Shown here piece after piece: positions 56,562 to 64,000 of a stretch of 64,000 bases of DNA. The notes beneath the pieces were generated by a model, which saw only the letters and a list, made by a program, of their open reading frames with translations, was not told the origin of the DNA and ran no database searches. The DNA is from an uncultured Methanosarcinaceae archaeon (lineage in GTDB: Archaea > Halobacteriota > Methanosarcinia > Methanosarcinales > Methanosarcinaceae). The translations under genes and the position numbers were made by a program. The DNA lies in assembly GCA_963833425.1 (NCBI GenBank), contig CAWHXP010000008.1, positions 340,578 through 404,577 on the forward strand. Reading direction: 5' to 3'. Every line of letters starts with the position of its first letter. Positions within the stretch are counted from its first letter, which is position 1.

Positions 56562-58334
56562 TTAAAAATCAAAAAGTGTTTTTTGAGATTTAGACTCTAA
56601 TTTTTTAGGAAATTCTCCTGTTTCCGTATCAAAATTAACAGATTTAAGCTCTGTGACTTCCTCTAAAGAAGGTTCTTTTTTTGCAGGGTTTTCTTGTCTT
56701 GAGGGCTCAGTAGAGATCTTGTTGTCTACAGGTTCAGACCGGGAAAAGACGTTCTTTTCTAAATACTCTGAATTTTCAGCTAAAAAGTTATCATGTACTA
56801 AGCCATCAGGTTTATTACTTTCACAAGGTTTCTTTTCTTCAGAAATCTGAGATGAGAAATTAAAGCCTAGGTTGACAATTTTTTGCTCGTCGTCAGAAAC
56901 TCGGAATTCGGCAATTTCGAATTTCGCAGAAGATTTTTTTTCTTTTTTCTCTTGATTTTTAGTTCTGCAACTAGAGGAAATCTGCTTATTATTTTTTGAA
57001 GAGACTGGAGTTTTGAAAAATTCCGTTTTTTTTGCTTCCCTGTTTTCTTCATGGCGAAATTCCTGTGCCTCATCATATATTTTCTGCATCTTTCGACTAA
57101 CTTTTGTGCTTCCTGAAAGGTACATAAATTCCTCAAGTTCAAGCTTTAGGCATCCAATAATTTCAACAGAAGATGTTTCATCTTTTACCATGTGAGAGTA
57201 AATGTTTAGCAGATTTTTTCTGGAATAACGCATAGATTCAAAGCTGTGTTCTCCAATTTTTGAAACTATATTGTCTCGAATCTCTCTTTTTGAATGGATT
57301 TGTCCGAGTCTTCTCCAGAGAGAGGGCTGCGTGAACTTAATAAATCCTGGGTAGGATCTTGTCTTTGATATTACAGCTCCGCAGACCATAAGCATGCTGG
57401 CATATCTCCACATCCTATAATTCTGATGCTTCTTCACGCGGCCAAGATAGAGGTCAGCCCTTGAGAGATAACCAAAGCCAGTTCTGATGTCTCCAATTTT
57501 ACCGTCTTTGCAGAAATATTGAATAGGAAGATTCTCATCGATCCATTGTACAAGATCTTCAGGACTTTCATCGAGACCGCGTGTGACATCAAGGGCCTTT
57601 TTACAGTCTGTACTCTTAAATATTGTCTGCATTGCCTTGAAAATATTTTTTTTGTTTTCCCTTCCTGAAGTGCTGATGTCTTTTGCCTCCAGCACTTTTT
57701 TCCCAATAGCTGCAGCTTGAAGATCATTTATCGCACTTCGGAAGTCTCCTCCAGCATTTTCCGCAATCTTTAGGGCTACATCCGGGGCGCATGAGATTCC
57801 CTCACTCTCACACACTTTATTCAAAACAGACACCAATGAACGGCTCTGTACGGATCCGAACTTTATTTCAAGACAGAGGTTCCTGATAGTAGGGGTTAAC
57901 CCGTAAACATCGTTCGCAATCAGCACTATTGGCTGGAGCGTAGATTTTATAATCCCTGCAATAGCTCGAAGGCCCCCTCTATCTGCACTCCCATGAATAT
58001 TGTCTGCCTCATCCAGGATGATTAAGCGTTTTCCTCCAAAGAGAGTATCCATATACGCTGCTGATCCTGCAATCTTTTCGATCACAGCTGCTGTCCTCTG
58101 GTCACTTGCGTTGAGCTCGATTACTTCCCAAGCCAGATCCCGGGCAAGTGCATGAGCACTTGAAGTCTTACCTATTCCTGGGGGTCCGTGGAGGATCACT
58201 GCCCTTTTCTCAGGGATCCCCAAAAGCCACTCATCAGCCCATGTCCTCAAATATTGCACTGCCCTATTGTTCCCCACGATCTCTTTGAGGCTCTGGGGGC
58301 GGTATTCTTCAGCCCATTCAATTGCCGATGTCAT
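56562..58334 (-). CDS. rfcL: Replication factor C large subunit
   Basis: [43 protein letters not shown] box QKTLFDF. Confidence 0.95.
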   Translation of the reverse strand: MTSAIEWAEEYRPQSLKEIVGNNRAVQYLRTWADEWLLGIPEKRAVILHGPPGIGKTSSAHALARDLAWEVIELNASDQRTAAVIEKIAGSAAYMDTLFGGKRLIILDEADNIHGSADRGGLRAIAGIIKSTLQPIVLIANDVYGLTPTIRNLCLEIKFGSVQSRSLVSVLNKVCESEGISCAPDVALKIAENAGGDFRSAINDLQAAAIGKKVLEAKDISTSGRENKKNIFKAMQTIFKSTDCKKALDVTRGLDESPEDLVQWIDENLPIQYFCKDGKIGDIRTGFGYLSRADLYLGRVKKHQNYRMWRYASMLMVCGAVISKTRSYPGFIKFTQPSLWRRLGQIHSKREIRDNIVSKIGEHSFESMRYSRKNLLNIYSHMVKDETSSVEIIGCLKLELEEFMYLSGSTKVSRKMQKIYDEAQEFRHEENREAKKTEFFKTPVSSKNNKQISSSCRTKNQEKKEKKSSAKFEIAEFRVSDDEQKIVNLGFNFSSQISEEKKPCESNKPDGLVHDNFLAENSEYLEKNVFSRSEPVDNKISTEPSRQENPAKKEPSLEEVTELKSVNFDTETGEFPKKLESKSQKTLFDF

Positions 58335-58840
58335 CTTAAACCCTATCGATAAGAACTGAACTCATTATTAACTGTATATGTTTTAATTTTTTGATATACA
58401 GTAACTATTTGACCGGGGTAAAACATTATCAACAGCCGTATTAAAAAATTTCAATAAGCCAGTTTCAGTGGGTTGACTTTAACTCCGTCAAGTATCCAAC
58501 ATCTTCTTGCGGGGATGTAAACTCTCCAGGGAACCGTTATCAACTAACTTATTTATATTTTATTTACTTCTGCACTATGAATTGGAACTACGTCATGAAA
58601 AGCTCAGTGTGCCCCTAAAATAAGATCTCATATTAATTTAAGTGTAAAATATATGAAAAATTTCCTCTTAGACAAAGATATTACCAACTATTTGAAATAA
58701 GTATGTTTCGAAATTGGTAGAACTTACTGTTTTGGGTTCGATGAAACGATAATGATGTTGATTAAATACAGTTTTTAGTTGATTCTAAACTAACATAAAT
58801 AACTATATTGTTCATCTAGGATCAATTCTATTAAGTTAGT

Positions 58841-59976
58841 ATGAGTAATTCAAAGATCTTGAAAGATTACTTAAGGAAGTGTCAAGCAGATGGACTGACG
58901 GAAGAGACAATTGCAACTGCTGAATATACACTTATAAAGTTCATAGAATGGTGTGGAGATCGAGAATTAAAGGATTTTACTACAGACGATGTTTACGATT
59001 ATCTGGATTTTATAAATGCCTATACATACATCAAAGCTGGTAAGGCTGTTAAATACTCCCCTGGTACACAGCAACGAATTAGAACTGTTTTGAAAAAATT
59101 CTTGACCTTTATTAATAGTGATCTTGGAGCCGTAATAAAGTTGCGGAAGCTAAAAAATGGGAAAATCCCCGAAGATATTTTGACTCGCGAAGAAATTGAA
59201 AAATTAATTGATTCATGTCGAAGTAACAGAGATCGGGCTATAATTGCTACGTTTTATGAAAGCGGAGCTAGAAGGGGGGATTACTAACAGTTCAACTTAA
59301 ACATGTGACTTTTGACGAGAATGGGGCAATCCTCAAGATCCAAAAAGGGAAAACAGGAAGTCGAAGCGTTAGGCTTGTATTAGCTTCATCTTATCTAAAA
59401 CAGTGAATTGACACGCATCCATTAAAGAATGATCTTGATGCTTACTTATTCTGTTCGACAAATTCTCCTTTTGGAGTCATCACATTTGTAGGACTTGCAG
59501 ATCAACTACACAAAATAGCAAGTAGAGCAGGTATCCAACAAAAAAGGGTTTACCCACATGCTTTTAGACATGCCAGAGCAACTCACTTAGCAGAACAATT
59601 GCCTGAACAACTTTTAAAAGAATATTTAGGTTGGACTAAATCAAGTAATAAGGCGAGTGTATATGTGCATATGTCAGGGCGAGATGTGGATAATGCTATA
59701 CTTAAATTGCATGGAATCGAGACTGAAGAATCTCACAAAAAATTCGCTGTTAATAAATGCCCACGTTGTAAGGAAATCAATCCAGAAAATGCTTTATTTT
59801 GCTTTAAATGTGGACTGCCACTTACGCAGGAAGCTTCAACAACTGTAGAATCTATAAAAACTGATTACTTACAGCTTGCAGATCTGGATGAAATCAGGGA
59901 AATGAAAAATACATTAAAGCAAGAGCTTGAAGAAATCTCAAAACTTAAGGAGACGATGCTCAAAGCTGGAAAATAA
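58841..59976 (+). pseudogene. Tyrosine recombinase/integrase with C-terminal Zn ribbon
   Basis: ESGAR, GKTG, HAFRH, LGW, VYVH, CPRC..CFKCG; 1-nt deletion at ~59280 and TGA at 59404. Confidence 0.9.
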
Positions 59977-60006
59977 ATTATATCTAATTGATAAGGGATT
60001 ATAATT

Positions 60007-61197
60007 TTAAAGAGTCCCTACTTTTGCTATACATTTTTCAAAGAAATGATCTAAAAAAACGTCATAATCTTCTGCTAGAGGCGACCAGTATTTGTCCGAC
60101 TTCTCATTCATTATATTAAAAAATTTACTATTTTCTTGCACGAATTCTTTTTCTTCGGTGGAAGCAGTTCCGTCTAGAATATCGCTCTGAAAGCAGTGGT
60201 CGAAAAGAAGCTCAATACTTATTATTTTCCTGTTCTGCTCAAAAGTTATTATTTGCAGTATTTCACGATACGTCTCTTTCCAATTTTCATCCACTAAGAT
60301 TCTGTTAAGTATCTCTTCAGATATCTTTTTTACCAAATTAGCCTGTTCGACTAGCATATCATTAGGTCTTTTCAATAACTCCAGATGCATTTCTTTAGGC
60401 ATGTTCAGAGCCATTACTTCAGATGCCATTTTAAATGAGATATTTTCTATCATTAATTTATAAAGTTCTTCAACTGATATTTCTTCGTATTCTATTGGCA
60501 ATGACCCTTCTACTATTTTCTGAAATGTTTCTTCCAACATTTCAATGTCTGCGGGTAATTTTAGAGATTTTTGACAAATCTCTGATTTCAGCGAATTGTT
60601 TATGCACTCACTATAAACCTCCAGCCAAATATTTGGGTTTGCTAAAATTCTTTTCATGAATTCAGTGTAAAGTTTACTAGTTGGACTTGCAATAGGTAAT
60701 AGGTGTGTCCAGAAAGTACCGCTTAGGGACATTTTATAAATTTCATCGGCTTTTGCATATAATGTTCCAACTTCATTTTTTAAGCACATGTCGAAAAAGG
60801 AAACGGATAGATACAACTGAATAAAGAATCTATTGGCATTAAGAGCTCCTGGAATCCAAGCTAACTGATCGCTGATCATATTTAAAGATTTTTTATATCG
60901 GTTTAATCGTATCTCAGGGAAATGAATTCTGATATTTTTTAAATTTTCAATTCTTTTTATGTCCCACCTATTAGCTAAGCCAGGCTTCCCTTGAATTTTT
61001 TCTATACTTGAATAAGGGCGGTATTGCAAGTCTTTCAGGTGTTTCTTTATATTCCCGTAATCTTTTATATCATATTCTCTCGCCAAAAATTCTCTTATTT
61101 TTGGCTCTGGGACAGCTCCATCACTGCTTATAATAAATTCAATTATCCCAGCTTTAACCTCATTCCATTTTAGATGATCTCCATGACTTCTTAGCAT
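60007..61197 (-). CDS. Hypothetical protein with probable N-terminal winged-helix domain
   Basis: IIEFII...EPKIREFL..Y.I....IKKHLKDL wHTH-like pattern; element context. Confidence 0.65.
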   Translation of the reverse strand: MLRSHGDHLKWNEVKAGIIEFIISSDGAVPEPKIREFLAREYDIKDYGNIKKHLKDLQYRPYSSIEKIQGKPGLANRWDIKRIENLKNIRIHFPEIRLNRYKKSLNMISDQLAWIPGALNANRFFIQLYLSVSFFDMCLKNEVGTLYAKADEIYKMSLSGTFWTHLLPIASPTSKLYTEFMKRILANPNIWLEVYSECINNSLKSEICQKSLKLPADIEMLEETFQKIVEGSLPIEYEEISVEELYKLMIENISFKMASEVMALNMPKEMHLELLKRPNDMLVEQANLVKKISEEILNRILVDENWKETYREILQIITFEQNRKIISIELLFDHCFQSDILDGTASTEEKEFVQENSKFFNIMNEKSDKYWSPLAEDYDVFLDHFFEKCIAKVGTL

Positions 61198-61337
61198 ATG
61201 CTATAAGATATGCTATAGGGTATAAAAAATTTATCTATCAATTTTTTTTTTAGGAAATATTTATCATTTTTTAAAATAACCATATGGTATTATTTTTTCT
61301 AAATCCTACATCCTTATATACAAAGTTAGCATATGCT
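61192..61337. promoter_or_regulatory. Divergent promoter region with three CATATG-centred palindromes
   Basis: TAGCATATGCTA 61192-61203, ACCATATGGT 61279-61288, TAGCATATGCT 61327-61337. Confidence 0.65.
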
Positions 61338-61339
61338 TG

Positions 61340-61522
61340 ATGGTGACGAAAAGAAATTTTAATTTTGGAAAAAGAAAACTTCAGAAAGTAAGGTATTCCT
61401 TTTTAATTCCTTTGCCTGTTGATTGGGTCAACAGCATGGAAATTGGTAAAGGTAATTTGCTGGGAATTGAAATGCAAGAGGACTCTAGTTTAAAGATAAC
61501 CCCGGTTCCACAGGCCTGGTAA
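61340..61522 (+). CDS. AbrB/MazE-type small DNA-binding protein
   Basis: RKLQKV.YS..IPLP.DW...M.I.KG..L.IE..ED.SLKITP swapped-hairpin pattern. Confidence 0.75.
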   Translation: MVTKRNFNFGKRKLQKVRYSFLIPLPVDWVNSMEIGKGNLLGIEMQEDSSLKITPVPQAW

Positions 61523-61890
61523 GACTCTAAGGAACCAGGAGCGCAACACCAACCAACTAAAATAAGGAGATGTCGGCATGAATAATATGACACCAAAAGA
61601 TATATCTTTTATCTCATGGGCGAAACAAACCTACACAAAACACCCTGAAATTTTGGACCACATGAGGAAGAGTACTGACCCATTAAAAAGGGCAATAGCA
61701 GTCCGAATTCTGAATAACGCAGGAGTAATTGAGCTTTAAAAAGAGAAACTGGGTATTGAAATTACCCGGAATCACACAAAGGGAAGGAAACCGACTGGAA
61801 AAGTCTTACTGTAGGTAATATCACTGTATCTTATTTTAATCCTTCTGTATGTGATTCTCTCTTCTTTTTGCCACTACGGGAGTTGAAAAC

Positions 61891-62091
61891 ATGTCATTCA
61901 ACCCGGTTGAGTTCTCCTGTCCACTTCGGTATACTTTATTTTATGTTTGGATGAAAGGAAAACAAATCCAGCTTGATCGAGATTACTATTACAAATCCAT
62001 TCTTTATGAAGCTTTCAATGATGTAAACCGGTTAATGTCCATATATGGGTTACACATTCTGCGTTTTCGAGGCTCAGGTGGTTCTAAATGA
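61891..62091 (+). CDS. Small hypothetical protein of the integrated element
   Basis: GGGAG RBS, ATG start, operon-like position. Confidence 0.45.
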   Translation: MSFNPVEFSCPLRYTLFYVWMKGKQIQLDRDYYYKSILYEAFNDVNRLMSIYGLHILRFRGSGGSK

Positions 62092-62218
62092 CTGCTAGAA
62101 CTTTCATTAAACCTTGCAAAAAATAGCCTTCTACCTGTAGGATAAAACTTTGTTCAGAATATTACGAAGCTCGGGAAAATAATAATCTGCTTCTTAATAA
62201 CATTTAGGAGGGGATAAC

Positions 62219-64000
62219 ATACCCTCTTTTTATCCTGAAAATATTCCACAGGAAATGAAAGATATTCCTCAATGGTTTTGTGGAAACTAGAAAAGAGAGA
62301 TGCGAATTTAACCAAAGTTCCTTGTCAAGTTGACGGCAAAAAAGCTGATACCACAAAATCTGAGACTTGGACCACTTATGAACTGGTATTCACATCGTAT
62401 GATTCTTCTATCTATGCAGGATTAGGGTTTGTTTTGACCAAAGAAACAGGATTCGTAGCAATCGATTTGGATCATGTGTTGCAGAATTCTATTTCCTCCG
62501 TAGACGGATGCACATCCAAAGAATGGGACAACGAAATTTTTGCTGAAATCCAAGACTTCAATTCATACGCTGAATTTTCACAGTCAGGAGAAGGAGTACA
62601 TATTTTCTGTAAAGGGACTATGCCAAAAGCAGGCCGAAAAAAGGGGACGCACGAAATGTACTGTGAAAACCGATTCTTTGCAATTACAGGTGATCACATA
62701 GATAAAATTCCCAAAACAGTAAACGAAGCCCAAGAATGTATTGATGATTACTATCAATTATGGTTTGAAGAATATGAGACCCCTAAAAATGGTGTGGATC
62801 TCAAATCTCCATCAATGACTGATGAAAAAATAATTCAACTGATAAGTTCTGCACAAAATAGTGAAAAATTCAGGAAGCTGCACTCAGGTGATACCAGTAA
62901 TTATCCTTCCACTTCGGAGGCAGACTTTGCTTACTGTCGACTATTGGCTTTCTATACACAGGACAAGAAACAAATTGACAAAATATACAGAACCTCGAAA
63001 CTTTACACTAAAAAATGGAATAGACGAGGAAAATATACCTTGGATAAAGTTGTGACAGGGCTGACTGAAGTTTACCTAAAAACAGAAACTGAAGACGAAA
63101 TTTTTTCTGCTGAAGAAATCAGTCTAGCAGAACTCAAAAATCTTAAAATGGATCCAAACAGTCGTAAAATGCCTAATTTAATGGACATACTGCCTGCTAA
63201 TCATTTCATTAACACAGTAACCGATTGGATGTCAGGACTTTCAGATACCTATTACGAGTATCAAGTCAGTACAGCGCTTTGGTTGCTCTCGGACCTGATT
63301 CAAGGAAAAGGGGCGCTCGTCATAAAGCAAGGCAAAATAAGACCTAATTTATACGTTCTACTTTTAGGATTATCAACTAAAAGCAGAAAATCCACTGCAG
63401 TAAACAAAATTGAACAAATTAGAGAAGCAGCTACATATACAGAATTGTACAATGACGAGCCAACTATAGAAGGTTATCTCGAAATGCTGGCTAGTAATCC
63501 AGTTCAGAGTTTTGTTTGTGACGAAGTGAGTGGACTTTTTGCAAAATATCACAAGAAGTATAATGAAGGAATTTTCGATCTAGATTGCAAAATTTATGAC
63601 GGAGCTTCGATCAGAAAAATTAAAGCTTCAGGTCGGAATAAAAGCCCAAAAGAGTATGTTATAAAGGATCCATACGTTACCCATCTTTACGCGACGACTC
63701 CTGACAAATTCACAACGGTAGTAGAGCTAGAAGATTTCTCTTGCGGGTGGGGATACAGATTCCTTTACGCATTTCCTACATATGCTAAAGATAGAATGGA
63801 TATCGAATTAGAAGATAATGAGAATATAGAGGCCTGGGGAAAAGTTCTAACTGCAGTTAAAACTCTTTATAACAGGTATTCAGAAACCGCTGATTTCAAA
63901 TTTGCAATCACAAAAGAAGCCTTAAAACTGTTCAATAAAATAAGTGCAGAACTAGAAGATGAAGGCGAAAAGATACAAAATGAATCATTAGATTCAGCTA
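62219..64000 (+). CDS. Primase-polymerase (AEP, NrS-1-like) fused to a DUF3987-type helicase; 5' lesion, runs off window
   Basis: Frame open from ATG 62272 to the window end: TKVP, GLGFV, AIDLDH, YAEFSQSGEGVH, EMY..RFFAITG, SEADFA..L.FYT, RPNLYVLLLGLSTKSRKSTA; NIPQEMKDIPQW lies upstream in another frame. Confidence 0.8.

Larger units (their letters stand above)
58841..64000. mobile_element. Left arm of an integrated plasmid/provirus-like element (continues beyond window)
   Basis: Order integrase, divergent regulators, small ORFs, primase-polymerase/helicase. Confidence 0.75.

Noticed and set aside
58440..58840. tRNA or att site beside the integrase (GGGTTCGA at ~58734; GC-richer patch 58466-58545)
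   Set aside because: No T-stem complement or cloverleaf; no partner repeat in the window

Overview
AT-rich Methanosarcina-like (Methanosarcinaceae) chromosomal segment. The assignment is inferred from the cfb cluster, a disaggregatase-type protein and a MetOD1 response regulator. Intact core genes: a KaiC/RAD55 ATPase plus REC-MetOD1 signalling pair, dacZ, rqcH-pelota, the complete coenzyme F430 cluster cfbA-E-D-C-B, endA, hflX, fen, thpR and rfcL. These alternate with decaying accessory tracts: pseudogenes of DUF4392, NifX-like, modA, a family-A DNA polymerase, TPR proteins and tnpB, an IS5 element, and at least three MITE families. The last ~5 kb is the left arm of an integrated element: a broken tyrosine integrase, divergent regulators with three CATATG-centred palindromes, and a primase-polymerase/DUF3987 replication gene missing from the ORF track. 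The most unusual observations are (1) a cluster of small secreted proteins sharing one leader peptide but carrying unrelated, internally duplicated cargos, (2) a JAMM metalloprotease fused in frame to pentapeptide repeats, (3) a dispersed ~400-bp repeat carrying a CxxC micro-ORF, and (4) a three-operator switch in the integrated element. No rRNA, tRNA or CRISPR array was seen. All family assignments come from motif recognition by eye, not database searches.
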